From Planctomycetota bacterium (GTDB lineage Bacteria; Planctomycetota; UBA1135; UBA2386), in assembly GCA_046290465.1 (NCBI GenBank), contig JBKAGP010000001.1, positions 5,984,001-6,048,000 of the forward strand: 64,000 nucleotides of DNA, in the 5' to 3' direction. The notes under the pieces were generated by a model. That model saw nothing but the letters and a program-made list of their open reading frames with translations. It made no database searches and was not told the origin of the DNA. Position numbers and translations under genes: made by a program. Positions 1 to 10,135 of this stretch are shown here, in pieces (the first letter of the stretch is position 1; every line of letters starts with the position of its first letter).

Positions 1-1782
1 GAGCACCTCGGGACGCTGGCTCGGCGTCGGGATCGCGACCGAGCGGGTGGCGCGCCGGCAGAACAGCACGCCCTTGGGCATCGGCTCGTCGTTGCGCGTC
101 TCGCGCACCACCTCGAAGCCGCAGCGCTGCAGCTCGTAGCGGATCTCGGCCGCGCCGTAGCGCGAGCGGTACTCGCTCGGGGCCCGCTGGTGCACCGGCT
201 TGTCGACGTCGGACGACAACCAGCGGTGGTTCGGGTTCTTGTCGAAGTCGCGGTCGATGTAGTCCATCGCGAACAGTCCGTCGTCGCTCAGCAGCTCGCG
301 GATCCGTCGCAGGAACGCATGCAGGTCGAAGTCGTCGACGAGCTGCACCCAGTTCATCGCGCAGATCGCGTCGTAGCGCCGGTCGGGCGCGGCCTTCAGC
401 GTGCGGCCGTCGTCGATCCACAGCCTGGTTTCGCGACCGGCGGCGCGCAGAAGTTCGCGGCCGGCCGCGATCGCCTTCGGGTCGAGGTCGCAACCGCTCA
501 GATCGCGCAGGCCGCGCGACGCCAGCCACTCGAGGTTGGCGCCGACGCCGCAGCCGATGTCGAGCACGCTCTGCTCCGGCGACAGGCTCTCGGCGAGCCA
601 GGCGTAGGTCAGCGCGTTGTCCCAGCGTTCGGCGCGCGCGCGGATCGAGTAGGCGAACCACGGCTGCACGCCGTGCGTGGCCAGCACCGCGTCGACGTCG
701 ACGTCGTCGCCGTCCGGGGTGCGGTAGCAAACCTGCCAGGGGGTGCCCTGCGGTCCGTCGGCGGTCCACATCTGCGGCTGCACGCGCGCGACGTTCGGCT
801 GCGGCGCCTTCTTGTGCGCGTCCTCGGTGCGGGTGAAGGCCTGCTCGAACTCCGACATCGTCGCGAAGCCGAAGCCGAGCTCGCGGGCCCGTTCGGCGAC
901 GGCGCGCAGGTCGTCGACGAACCGCTGCACGTCGCCGTCGGTCGCCGTGTACGGCGTCGCGCCGGCGACCAGCTCCATGCTGTGGAACATCATGCAGAGC
1001 GATTGCCACGGCAGGCCGCGGTCCTCGTCGCGCGCCGCCGCCTCGAGGATCGCCAGCAACTGCGCGCGCGTGCTGCTGACCGGGCGCAGCCAGGTCGGGC
1101 TGTCGCCGGCGCCGCCGCACAGGCTCGCGGGCACGATCGTGACCGGCACCTCGAGCAGCGGGGCGCCGTCCTGCAGGTCGTTGGCGGTGGCGAACACGTC
1201 GCCGCTGGCGTGCACTCGGTAGGGGCGGTGCGACAGATGGCGGAAGTCGGGCTCGCTGCGGCCCGCGGGGTCGGTCCAGACGACGCCGGGCGTGATCGAC
1301 GAGTCGACGCGGTAGCCGAGCTCGTAGAGCGCGCGGCCGGTGCGGCGGCCGATGCCGAAGCGGCCGGCGCGGAACGCCGTCGGCCGCTGCCCGAACTGCT
1401 GGCTGAACAGGTCGGTCAGTTCGCCGAGCAGCCGCCGTTCGTGTTCGGGCGAGAGGTCCTTCTGCATCCAGCGGATCTCGGTCGCGGGGTCGGTCCACTG
1501 GCGCCGCGGCAGCACGCCGGGCATGTAGTCGGCGTGCAGGTGCGCGGCCAGTTCGCAGTCGCGCTGACCGCGCAGCACCGCGACCGCGTCGCGGTCGCAC
1601 AGCGCCTCGGGACTGACGAAGTAGGTCGGCCGCATGCCGGTCTCGGCGCACAGCGGCGCGAGCAGCTGCGGGATCGCCTCGTGGATGCTGCGGAACGTCA
1701 GCGTCGTCGGCGTGCCCCAGCTCGGGTCGTAGTCGCGCTCGACGTCGAGGGTCAGCAGCAGGCGGGTCGTGCGTTCGCTCAT
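1..1782 (-). CDS. Polysaccharide deacetylase-like domain fused to class I SAM methyltransferase (runs off the left edge)
   Basis: Not in the ORF track; translated by hand. ATG at 1782 overlaps the upstream stop (ATGA). N-terminus MSERTTRLLLTLDVERDY..PTYFVSPE..ELAAHLH resembles a NodB/WalW-like deacetylase; later VLDIGCGVG is the SAM-binding motif. Frame is open to position 1. Confidence 0.75.
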   Translation of the reverse strand, partial: MSERTTRLLLTLDVERDYDPSWGTPTTLTFRSIHEAIPQLLAPLCAETGMRPTYFVSPEALCDRDAVAVLRGQRDCELAAHLHADYMPGVLPRRQWTDPATEIRWMQKDLSPEHERRLLGELTDLFSQQFGQRPTAFRAGRFGIGRRTGRALYELGYRVDSSITPGVVWTDPAGRSEPDFRHLSHRPYRVHASGDVFATANDLQDGAPLLEVPVTIVPASLCGGAGDSPTWLRPVSSTRAQLLAILEAAARDEDRGLPWQSLCMMFHSMELVAGATPYTATDGDVQRFVDDLRAVAERARELGFGFATMSEFEQAFTRTEDAHKKAPQPNVARVQPQMWTADGPQGTPWQVCYRTPDGDDVDVDAVLATHGVQPWFAYSIRARAERWDNALTYAWLAESLSPEQSVLDIGCGVGANLEWLASRGLRDLSGCDLDPKAIAAGRELLRAAGRETRLWIDDGRTLKAAPDRRYDAICAMNWVQLVDDFDLHAFLRRIRELLSDDGLFAMDYIDRDFDKNPNHRWLSSDVDKPVHQRAPSEYRSRYGAAEIRYELQRCGFEVVRETRNDEPMPKGVLFCRRATRSVAIPTPSQRPEVL

Positions 1783-3476
1783 CGGGTGGCTCCGGCCGGC
1801 GCCGGCGCGGTGGTGTGCGCGGCGATCACGAGGTTCTTGTCGAAGCAGCGCGGCGTGCTGCGGTCCTGCAGCGCGAACAGCTGCTGGTGGAAGCGGCGCG
1901 ACTCGGCGACGTTCTGCGCCAGCGACGGCTCGGCCGAGAAGTCGGGCACCAGCAGTTCGTGGTGTTCGAAGCCGGCGAGCCGCAGCAGCTGGCCGGCGCT
2001 CTGCTCGGTGAAGCCGACCTGGTGGGTCAGGTCCATGCAGCGCGAGTAGATGCCGAGCACGTTGGCCATGTTGGGCGTGCGGAACACCGCGACCCCGCCC
2101 GGGCGCAGTGCACCGCGCACCGCCTTGGCGAAGTCGAGCGCCTCGCCGAGCGGGAAGTGCTCGAGCAGGTCCCACGCGGTGATCAGGTCGTAGCCGCCGA
2201 CGCGTGCCCGCAAGTGCTCGATCGCATCGCCGAGCGCCAGGTCGGCGTCGCTGCCGAGCCGCCGCGAGGCGTGCGCGTGCAGCTGGGCGTCGATCTCGAC
2301 GCCGTGCAGATCGCTGTAGCCGTGTTCGCGCAGGAACTGCAGCAAGAGGCCGTAGCCGCAGCCGACGTCGAGCGCGCGCGCGCTGCGGTCGTGCGGCAGC
2401 ACCGGCAGCAGTTCGCTGCGGTAGTAGGCGAACGCGGCGGTCACGGTGTTCTCGTCCGGCTCGTTGAGCGCGTCGAAGTGTTCGTGGTAGGCCTGCTTGC
2501 ACTGCGCGACGACGTCGGCGTCGGTGGTCGGCTGCGGGATCGCGACGCTGGTCTCGGCGCGCAGCAGGCCGGCCGCGTGGTCGAACAGCGCACGCCATGC
2601 CGGCGCCACCGCGTGCCAGCTGCGGCTCGCCGCCAGCCGTTCGCGGTTGGCCCGGCCGCAGGCGCGCACGTGGGCCGGATCGGCGCAGCAGCGGTGCATC
2701 GCGGCGCGGAACGCGTCGGCGCGGCGCGCGACGATCTGGCCGTGCTCGGCGCGTTCGATCAGTTCGGGCGCGATGCCGACGTCGGTCGAGATCGCGTAGC
2801 AGCCCGACGCCATCGCCTCGAGCAGCGGGCGCGGTTCGCCCTCGCGCGTCGACGCGACCAGCAGCACGTCGACCTCGCGGTAGAACGCCGCCATCGCGTC
2901 GCGGTCGAGCTCGCCGCCGGCGACGCGCACGTCGAAGCCGTCGGCCGCCGGCCGCAGCACGTCGTCGAGGCCCTTGCACGGGTCGTCGGCGTTGCCGGCC
3001 CAGCCGAACACCAGCGGGTCGTCGGCGGGCGCGTCCGGCCGCGCTGGAGCGGGATGGAAGTGCTCGAGTTCGACGCCCTGCGGCGTGTGCAGCACCCGCC
3101 GTTCGTGTTCGAGCAGGGCGACCAGGCGCCGCGAGGTCGCGCCGAGCGTGGCGGCGTCGGCGAGGTGTTCGTCCGCGAAGCGTTCGGGGGTCAGCAGGCC
3201 GTAGGAGTGCTCCTGCCAGCGGTGGCTCGAGATCAGCTTGAGCACGCGGCGCGGATCCTGCACGAACTGCTGGTGCCAGGTCTCGCCCCAGAAGCAGACC
3301 ATCACCAGGTCGAAGTCCCACTGCGACAGGTCGGGCTGCTCCTGCACGTAGGCGATGCGGCACTCGTAGTGCTCGTCGAGCGCGGCTGCGACGCCGTGGC
3401 AGAGCTGGTCGTAGGCCCAGCCGCGACGGTCGGCCAGCAGCCAGACCTTGGGGCGGGCGCGGTCGAGGTCAGCCAT
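1779..3476 (-). CDS. GT4-type glycosyltransferase fused to class I SAM methyltransferase
   Basis: EGEPRPLLEAMASG and STDVG (GT4 EX7E motif); C-terminal ALDVGCGYG, YDLITAWDLLEH and LRPGG..TPN. Confidence 0.85.
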   Translation of the reverse strand: MADLDRARPKVWLLADRRGWAYDQLCHGVAAALDEHYECRIAYVQEQPDLSQWDFDLVMVCFWGETWHQQFVQDPRRVLKLISSHRWQEHSYGLLTPERFADEHLADAATLGATSRRLVALLEHERRVLHTPQGVELEHFHPAPARPDAPADDPLVFGWAGNADDPCKGLDDVLRPAADGFDVRVAGGELDRDAMAAFYREVDVLLVASTREGEPRPLLEAMASGCYAISTDVGIAPELIERAEHGQIVARRADAFRAAMHRCCADPAHVRACGRANRERLAASRSWHAVAPAWRALFDHAAGLLRAETSVAIPQPTTDADVVAQCKQAYHEHFDALNEPDENTVTAAFAYYRSELLPVLPHDRSARALDVGCGYGLLLQFLREHGYSDLHGVEIDAQLHAHASRRLGSDADLALGDAIEHLRARVGGYDLITAWDLLEHFPLGEALDFAKAVRGALRPGGVAVFRTPNMANVLGIYSRCMDLTHQVGFTEQSAGQLLRLAGFEHHELLVPDFSAEPSLAQNVAESRRFHQQLFALQDRSTPRCFDKNLVIAAHTTAPAPAGATR

Positions 3477-4704
3477 CGCAGGCCTCCTTGCGCAGCACGC
3501 CGCACCACGAGCCGAGCAGGTGGTGGACCTCGCCCGCGGGGCGGACCTGCTCGACGAAGCGCCGCACGCCGGCGACCGACGTGCCGATCCAGGGATGCAC
3601 CGTGCACAGCGACGGACTGAAGTCGTGCCAGACCAAGAAGCCGCCCGGCTTCAGCCGACGCCAGGCCTGCAGCGAGTCGGCGTGCACCGCGGCCGCGTCG
3701 TGGCAGGCGTCGACGAACGCCAGGTGCAGCGTGTTGGGCACGCGCGCCCAGTCCCAGTCGAGCGTGTTGGCGTAGAGCTGGCGCAGGTTGTGCACGCCGC
3801 GTTCGCGCGGGTAGCTGCCGATCTGTTCGCGGCTCAGCACGTGCGTCGTGTGCACGCCGGCGGCGCGCGCCTGCTCGGGCAGCATGTTGACCGTCGTGAC
3901 CACGTAGCGGCCGATGTTGGTCGCCAGCTTGTAGGCGCTGCGGCCGTGCGAGGTGCCGAGATCGAGGCACGGGCCGGGGAAGCTTGCGGCGAGGCCGCAC
4001 AGCACCTCGGCGTCGCGGCGCTTGCGGCCGTGACGTTCGCAGTCGTTCTCGACCACGTCGAGGTCGTCCTCGAGCAGCACGCCGGGATCGTGCAGGCCGA
4101 ACGCGGCGAGCAGCTGCCGCTGGTCTCTGTGCACGTGCACCGGCATGCCGAGGCGGGCAGCCGCGGGTTCGGCCAGCAGCAGCTGGTCGCCGAGCTGCGA
4201 GCCGAGGTCGTCTTCGGTCACGATGGGCGCGCGGTTGTCGGCAGAGAGCGGCACCAGGCCGCGTTGGTGCAGCAACGGGATCACCGTGGCCAGCGCGTCG
4301 GCGGGCACGGTCAACGCGAGCTGCCGGCACGGCGGCAGCGCCGTGAGCACCGGGCCGAGCGCGGCGGTCGCGGTGATCCGCGCGCTCAGGTGGACCAGGT
4401 CGAAGCTGCCGTCGGTCGGCAGCGCGTCGGGCACCTCGATCCGTCGGTCGAAGCTCGCCTTGCGGGCGCTGGCGCGGGTTGCGATGCGCGCGCCGTCGTC
4501 CGGGTCCCAGCAGACCACCGGCACGCTGCCGGCGCGCGCCGCGAACAGCAGCGACGACCACCCCGCGCCGCAGCCGACTTCGAGGATCGCCGCACCGTTC
4601 TGCACGTGCGGCAGCACCGCCCGGGCTGCCTGTGCTTCGCGGGTCGGGTCGAGGGCACACGTGGTGCCGTCCGCGCCGTTGCGGACCGTTGCCGAATCGA
4701 TCAT
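3469..4704 (-). CDS. Class I SAM methyltransferase, tandem domains (C-terminal Methyltransf_24-like)
   Basis: ILEVGCGAGWS near the N-terminus; LDLGTSHGRS, LAFVDACHD and LKPGGFLVWHD in the C-terminal half. Overlaps the next gene by 8 nt. Confidence 0.75.
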   Translation of the reverse strand: MIDSATVRNGADGTTCALDPTREAQAARAVLPHVQNGAAILEVGCGAGWSSLLFAARAGSVPVVCWDPDDGARIATRASARKASFDRRIEVPDALPTDGSFDLVHLSARITATAALGPVLTALPPCRQLALTVPADALATVIPLLHQRGLVPLSADNRAPIVTEDDLGSQLGDQLLLAEPAAARLGMPVHVHRDQRQLLAAFGLHDPGVLLEDDLDVVENDCERHGRKRRDAEVLCGLAASFPGPCLDLGTSHGRSAYKLATNIGRYVVTTVNMLPEQARAAGVHTTHVLSREQIGSYPRERGVHNLRQLYANTLDWDWARVPNTLHLAFVDACHDAAAVHADSLQAWRRLKPGGFLVWHDFSPSLCTVHPWIGTSVAGVRRFVEQVRPAGEVHHLLGSWCGVLRKEACDG

Positions 4705-4749
4705 GCCATCGGTGCTATCGGGCCGCCGCGCACCGTGGCTTGAGCGGTG

Positions 4750-5931
4750 CTACATGCCCGAGTCCTGCTCGCCCTGGGCGCGCAGCGTGACGTCGAACTG
4801 CAGCAGCTGCGGGGCGTCGGGCAGGCCGCGCACGACCGTCACCTTGATCGAGTCGCCGGGCTTGTGGCCCGACAGCACCGGATCGAGTTCGTGGAACGCG
4901 CGCACCGGGGTGTTGTCGATCGCGACGATCACGTCGCCGTGCTCCTCGATCTGCGGGCCGCGGCCGGTCTCCTTGATCCGGAACGGTCGGATGCCGGCCA
5001 GGTCGGCGCCGTAGCCGGGGGCGATGGCCTGGGCGATCGCACCGGACGTGTACGGCATGTCCAGCTGGGCGCCGAGGCGGTAGCTGCCGTACTCGCCGCG
5101 CTGCACGCCGAGCAGCGCCTTGGTCGACTTTTTGCCGAGCAGCCGCGGCACGATCTCGTTGACGGTGTCGACCGGCACCGCGAAGCCGAGGCCGGCGTTG
5201 GCGCCGCTGGGGGAGTAGATCGCCGTGGTGACGCCGATCAGGCGACCGGCCGAGTCGAGCAGCGGGCCGCCCGAGTTGCCCGGATTGATCGCGGCGTCGA
5301 CCTGGATCAGGCCGTACATCAGCTTGCCGTCCTCGGCCTTCAGGGTGCGGTTCAGGGCGCTGACGATGCCGGTCGTCATCGTCTGGTCGAAGCCGAACGG
5401 GTTGCCGATCGCGATCGCGGTCTGGCCGACGCGCAGGTCGTGGGAGCTGCCGAGCGCGATCGGCGTCAGCTCGCCGAGCGGGCCCTTCAGCTTGAGGATC
5501 GCGAGGTCGTGGTCCGGCGACGAGTTGAGCACGTCGGCGCGGTAGTTGCGTCCGGCGACGGTCACCTCGACCTGCCGCGCGCCGCGCACGACGTGGTCGT
5601 TGGTGACGATGATGCCGGCCTCGTCCCAGACGAAGCCGCTGCCCGATCCCTGCTGGCGCTGCACGCCGCCCCAGTTGTTGGCGACCAGCGACTTCGTGTT
5701 GATGTGGCAGACCGACGGCGAGGTCTGCTCGAACACGTCGACGAAGCTGGTCTCGAGCGGCGCCAGCGCGCCTCGCGCCGTGACCGCGCGTGGGCTCAGG
5801 TCCGGCGTCGGGTCGAACACGCCGGTGCGGTCGAGCACGAGGTAGGCGGCGAGCACGAACGCGGCGCTGGCGAAGACCAGCGGCAGCGGGCTCTGACGGG
5901 GGGCGGCGAACGGCGTGTAGGAGTTGCTCAT
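4750..5931 (-). CDS. HtrA/DegP-family (S1C) serine protease with PDZ domain
   Basis: GSGSGFVW, VTNDHV, DLAILK, IQVDAAINPGNSGGPL; N-terminal TM segment. Confidence 0.93.
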   Translation of the reverse strand: MSNSYTPFAAPRQSPLPLVFASAAFVLAAYLVLDRTGVFDPTPDLSPRAVTARGALAPLETSFVDVFEQTSPSVCHINTKSLVANNWGGVQRQQGSGSGFVWDEAGIIVTNDHVVRGARQVEVTVAGRNYRADVLNSSPDHDLAILKLKGPLGELTPIALGSSHDLRVGQTAIAIGNPFGFDQTMTTGIVSALNRTLKAEDGKLMYGLIQVDAAINPGNSGGPLLDSAGRLIGVTTAIYSPSGANAGLGFAVPVDTVNEIVPRLLGKKSTKALLGVQRGEYGSYRLGAQLDMPYTSGAIAQAIAPGYGADLAGIRPFRIKETGRGPQIEEHGDVIVAIDNTPVRAFHELDPVLSGHKPGDSIKVTVVRGLPDAPQLLQFDVTLRAQGEQDSGM

Positions 5932-6034
5932 CGACGTTCCGGTTGGGTCGGCGGGCGCAGGACGGGCGCCCCGCTACGGGGCTGCCTGAAGAGTACGCCG
6001 AGAACTCGTGCGGAAGTCCACCCCGTCGCGGCCG

Positions 6035-8839
6035 TTACTCCGGCTTGGGCCAGAGATCGCGCCAGTCGCCGGTCGGGCTGTTGTGCTGGGCGCGCAGCAT
6101 CGCGACCGCCTCGGGGTGCAGCTGCACCCGTTCCATCGCGGTCTCGCTGAGGATCTGTCCGCAGGCCTCGACGATGCCCTCGGGGTGCATGTCGTGGTAC
6201 TCGTAGATGTGCTTGGGCGTACCGGACTTGCTGAACTTGACCACCGCGCGCGCCAGCTGCGGCACGCCGAGGATCGAGCCCAGGTTGTCGAGCAGGCCGA
6301 TCTCGCCGTCGTGCACCGAAACGATCGGCACGCGGCAGCCGGCGAGGTCGACGGCGCCGAGCGCGTCGATCGGGCCGTTGCTCGGACGCAGGTGCAGGCG
6401 GCCGTCGACCTCGAGCGTCTGCTTGAGGTGCGCGAAGCCGTCCTTTCTGCCGAGTTCGCCGCACAGCAGGTCCGGCGACGACACCACCGTGACGTTGGCG
6501 TAGACGCCGCGGTCGAGCAGCTGCTCGGCGGCGGTGATCGCCTCGGGCACCAGCGCGCCCATGACGAACAGCTCGACGACGTTCTCGCCGGGGTTGTAGC
6601 CGTTGTAGCCGCGCCAGTCGATCAGGCGGAAGCCGCCGCGCAGCGAGTGGGCCTTGACCGTCTCGAGGATCTCGGCCTCGGGCCGCGTCGGCACCTCGGC
6701 CTCGTGCAGGCCGCCGTCCTCGGCGGTCAGGCCGAGCCTGGCGTCGTCGGGCATGTCGGTCTTGAACTGCACCTGACGCTTCAGCCAGGTCAGCATGTCC
6801 TTCTGGTTGAGCGCGCGGGTCACGGCGCGGATCAGCACGCCGCTGCGGCCCTGATTGTCGCGCGAGAAGTGGCGCTGGATCGCGTCGCAGAGGATCCACT
6901 CCATCTCGATCGCGAACGCCGGCTCCCAGGTGATCAGGTTGGGGATCTGGATGTCGCTCTTCCAGCTGTGCTGGGCGCCCTCCGGCGCGAGCGTGATGCC
7001 CGACGGCGTGCCGACCAGGATGAACGAGCTGCCCCAGTAGAGGTTGTAGTAGAGCTGGTCGAGGGCCCGTTTGATGAAGAAGTCGTAGACCGTCATCATC
7101 GGCAGGAACGGGATCCCGGCGATGTCGTGCATCTTGCCGAAGCTGCCGACCGCGGTCATGCAGTTGGCCTCGGCGATCTCGAAGCGGATGTGGCGCGTCC
7201 ACGCCTCGTCGGTCGGCGCCAGCTCGGGGCGCAGGCGCTCGTGCAGCTCGAGCTTCGACTCCCAGTTCTCGTCGTGCTTGGGGCCGAAGATCTTCTCGTC
7301 CATCGCCGGGTTGATGTTGGTCGACGTGCCGACGTCCGGCGCCATCGTCATCATCAGGTCGGCGAGCGGGTTCCACTTCGCCTCGGCTTCGGTCAGCTCC
7401 TTGCCGGCCTTGTTCTCCTTGCCGGCCTGCTTCAGCTCGTCGTAGACGCCGATGCGGACCAGCTTGGCGGCCAGCTGGCCCCACATCCACTGCGTGTGGG
7501 TGGTGGGGGCGAGCTTGAGGTTGATGTCGAGCGAGCCCGGCAGGCCGCCCTGCTCGTCGATCTGCGTCTGCACGCGCTGGCGGTTGGCCTCGGCCTGCGC
7601 CTCGAGCGCCTCGATGCCGAGGCGCAGCTCCTCGCCGCGCTGGGTCGCGAACCTGCCCTCTTCGCTGTCCTGGTCGAGGCGCACGAACGGCCGCTCCATC
7701 GACAGGCCCTGTGCCTCGAGGATCGCGACGACCTCCTTCTCGTCGGGCATCGCCGAGTGGTTGCCGTTGGCGGCGACGCACTCGAGGCCGCGGCCCTTGA
7801 TCGTGTGCATCAGGATCAGGGTCGGGCGCAGCTTGTCCTTCTTCGAGTTCTCGAACGCCTCGACGATCGCCTCGTGGTCGTGGCCGCCGGTGTCGAAGAA
7901 CAGCTTGACGACGTCCTCGTCCGACAGCGATTCGATCAGCTTCTTCGCCTGCGGTTCCGCGCCGATTACGGCCTCGCGCATCAGCTGCGCGTCGCGCTTC
8001 CAGATCAGCGCCTGGTAGTGGTAGTCGGTGAAGCCGCGCTCGAACGCGCGGCGCAGCGCGTCGCCGCCCTTCTTCGCGAACACCGACTCGCGGAAGCTGC
8101 CGTGGCGCAGCTGGATGACCTCCCAGCCGTTGGCGATCGCGGTGCGCTCGATGCGGTCGGCGTCGGTGCCCTGCAGGCCGCGGTTGTTGGGGATCCGGGT
8201 GCCGTCGAGGTTCTGGCGGTTGTAGTCGATGATCCAGGTGACGTTGCCCAGCTCGCGCTCGGCGACCTCGGGCAGCACCTCGAGCAGCGAGCCTTCGCGG
8301 AACTCGCTGTCGCCCATCATGCACCAGAAGTGCGGCTCGTCGACGTCCCAGCCGTGCTGGTTGGCGTAGCGGTAGGCGAGCGCCTGGTAGACCGCGACGA
8401 CCGGCGGGATGCCCACCGAGCCGGACGGCAGGAACCGCCAGCTGTCCGGGTCGGCCTCGGCGTGGTAGCTCTGGAACACCGGCTTGCCGTCGTGCGAGAA
8501 GCTGCGCAGCCGGTGCATGACCGCCTCGCTGTCCTCCTCGTCGAACCAGGTGCCGTCGTCGTGACGGAACAGGCCCATCGCGTGGTGCAGCGAGTGGTCG
8601 ACCGGCGAGCTGTGCGGCTTGCAGCAGATGTAGTCGTTCGGGCTGCGCACCACGAGGTGCAGGGCCGACATGAAGTCGAGGCTCGACGCGCACGCCGCCG
8701 GGTGGCCACCCACCTTGGGGTCGGTCTTGTCGGCGTCGGGGCGGTGGTTGGCGATGTGGATCATCGCGACCATGTGCGCGAACGCGCGGCGTGCGACCTT
8801 GTCGATCAGGGCGAAATCGGGCTGGGTGGCGGACGTCAT
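6035..8839 (-). CDS. aceE: Pyruvate dehydrogenase E1 component (homodimeric AceE-like, TPP-dependent)
   Basis: KVGGH, KPHSSP, FQSYH, SGSVGI, TPP motif GDSEFREG..DYNRQNLD, TPSGITLAPEGAQHS; 934 aa. Confidence 0.8.
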   Translation of the reverse strand: MTSATQPDFALIDKVARRAFAHMVAMIHIANHRPDADKTDPKVGGHPAACASSLDFMSALHLVVRSPNDYICCKPHSSPVDHSLHHAMGLFRHDDGTWFDEEDSEAVMHRLRSFSHDGKPVFQSYHAEADPDSWRFLPSGSVGIPPVVAVYQALAYRYANQHGWDVDEPHFWCMMGDSEFREGSLLEVLPEVAERELGNVTWIIDYNRQNLDGTRIPNNRGLQGTDADRIERTAIANGWEVIQLRHGSFRESVFAKKGGDALRRAFERGFTDYHYQALIWKRDAQLMREAVIGAEPQAKKLIESLSDEDVVKLFFDTGGHDHEAIVEAFENSKKDKLRPTLILMHTIKGRGLECVAANGNHSAMPDEKEVVAILEAQGLSMERPFVRLDQDSEEGRFATQRGEELRLGIEALEAQAEANRQRVQTQIDEQGGLPGSLDINLKLAPTTHTQWMWGQLAAKLVRIGVYDELKQAGKENKAGKELTEAEAKWNPLADLMMTMAPDVGTSTNINPAMDEKIFGPKHDENWESKLELHERLRPELAPTDEAWTRHIRFEIAEANCMTAVGSFGKMHDIAGIPFLPMMTVYDFFIKRALDQLYYNLYWGSSFILVGTPSGITLAPEGAQHSWKSDIQIPNLITWEPAFAIEMEWILCDAIQRHFSRDNQGRSGVLIRAVTRALNQKDMLTWLKRQVQFKTDMPDDARLGLTAEDGGLHEAEVPTRPEAEILETVKAHSLRGGFRLIDWRGYNGYNPGENVVELFVMGALVPEAITAAEQLLDRGVYANVTVVSSPDLLCGELGRKDGFAHLKQTLEVDGRLHLRPSNGPIDALGAVDLAGCRVPIVSVHDGEIGLLDNLGSILGVPQLARAVVKFSKSGTPKHIYEYHDMHPEGIVEACGQILSETAMERVQLHPEAVAMLRAQHNSPTGDWRDLWPKPE

Positions 8840-9036
8840 GGGTGGGCAGTTGTTCGAGGGGTCTGCAGCCCAGTGAAGTTAGGGGGTAGTGGGGCGGGTT
8901 GCCACCTCGGGCAAGGCGACCGGGCGACGAGGTGCGGGATTTGCGCGGGGTTTCCCGTCGGGCGGACCGGATCCGGGTCTCCCCTGCGGGGAAGGTCCTG
9001 ACGGTGCGAAGCGCTGCCGCTGCCGATGCCCGGAGC

Positions 9037-10101
9037 ATGGAACGAGAGGAAGTGGCGGGTGCGCTGCGCGGCGCGCGGTCCCGGATCGTCGCCGAGTTGC
9101 TCGAGATCGACGGCTTCGGAGGCCCTCGCGACCAGGTCCGCGCCGGCCTCGAGGCGGTCGTCGACGACCTGGCTACGGCCGTGCAGTTCTCGTCGTCGGG
9201 CCTGACCGATCGGGCCTTGTCGTGGTGGAAGGTGCGCGTGCGCGCCCTCGGTGGCGATCCCCGCCAGGTGGTGCTGCTGCCCGGCTACCTGCTGCCCCTG
9301 GCGGCCCGCTTCGTGCCCGAGCTGGCGCTGCCGACGCTCGAGGCGCTGCTCGCCCACGCCGACCAGGTGGTCGCGCACGCGCCCGAACGGGCGCCGGTGG
9401 GGGCGGACCTGCACCCGTCGCTGGTGCCGGGCGGGCTCGGGCGCGAACTGGCCGACGCGATGTGCGGGGGCGATCGCACCGCGGCCGCGGCGATCCCGGC
9501 GCGGCACGGCGCCGAGCCCAGCGCCTGCCTGCGGGACGGCCTCGAGCCGGCGCTGCGCGAGTACGGGGCGCGCTGGCAGAACGGCGAACTCGATCCGGCC
9601 GTCGAGCACGTCGCCTCACGGATCGCGAGCGAGCTGGTCGCGCACGCCGCCCGGCAGGTGCCCGAACCGCCGGGCGACGCGCCGCTGGTGGCGCTGGTGC
9701 GCGCGGCCGGCGACGAGCACTCGCTGGGCCAGGCCTGCCTGCGCGTGCACCTCGCCGCGCACGGCCTGCGTTCGCGCGTGCTCCCGGGCGACGGCCGGCT
9801 GCAGGACGTGCTCGCGATGGTCGCGGCCGTCGGCGCCTCGGCCGTGGCGATCTCGTGCACGCTGACGCGCCAGCTCGAAGCCGCGCGCGACCTGGTCGCG
9901 GCGATCCGGCGATCCGAGCTGGCCGCGATGCCGGTGCTGCTCGGCGGCGGCATGTTCGTCGACGTGCCGCAGCTTGCCTCGCAACTGGGCGCCGACGCGA
10001 CCGCCGTGGACGGCGAGCAGGCCGCCGCCGAACTCGCCCGGCTGCTCGGTGTCGCGGTTCCGATGCACGATGGGGCACAGCGTCCCGACCGGAGCGGTTG
10101 A
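9037..10101 (+). CDS. Cobalamin (B12)-binding domain protein without DNA-binding domain
   Basis: WQNGELDPAVEH (W-x9-EH), GDEHSLG, VAISCTL, VLLGG, LGADA; probable start at ATG 9037. Confidence 0.8.
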   Translation: MEREEVAGALRGARSRIVAELLEIDGFGGPRDQVRAGLEAVVDDLATAVQFSSSGLTDRALSWWKVRVRALGGDPRQVVLLPGYLLPLAARFVPELALPTLEALLAHADQVVAHAPERAPVGADLHPSLVPGGLGRELADAMCGGDRTAAAAIPARHGAEPSACLRDGLEPALREYGARWQNGELDPAVEHVASRIASELVAHAARQVPEPPGDAPLVALVRAAGDEHSLGQACLRVHLAAHGLRSRVLPGDGRLQDVLAMVAAVGASAVAISCTLTRQLEAARDLVAAIRRSELAAMPVLLGGGMFVDVPQLASQLGADATAVDGEQAAAELARLLGVAVPMHDGAQRPDRSG

Positions 10102-10135
10102 GCGGCGTTGCTTGCAGGCGGCGGTGACGGCCTCG

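Noticed and set aside
190..3620. Long plus-strand ORFs (619 aa, 601 aa)
   Set aside because: Antisense shadows of real minus-strand genes; Arg/Ala/Gly-rich with no motifs.
6035..8839. aceE without adjacent E2/E3 genes as an anomaly
   Set aside because: Dispersed pyruvate dehydrogenase genes are common; partners may lie outside the window.
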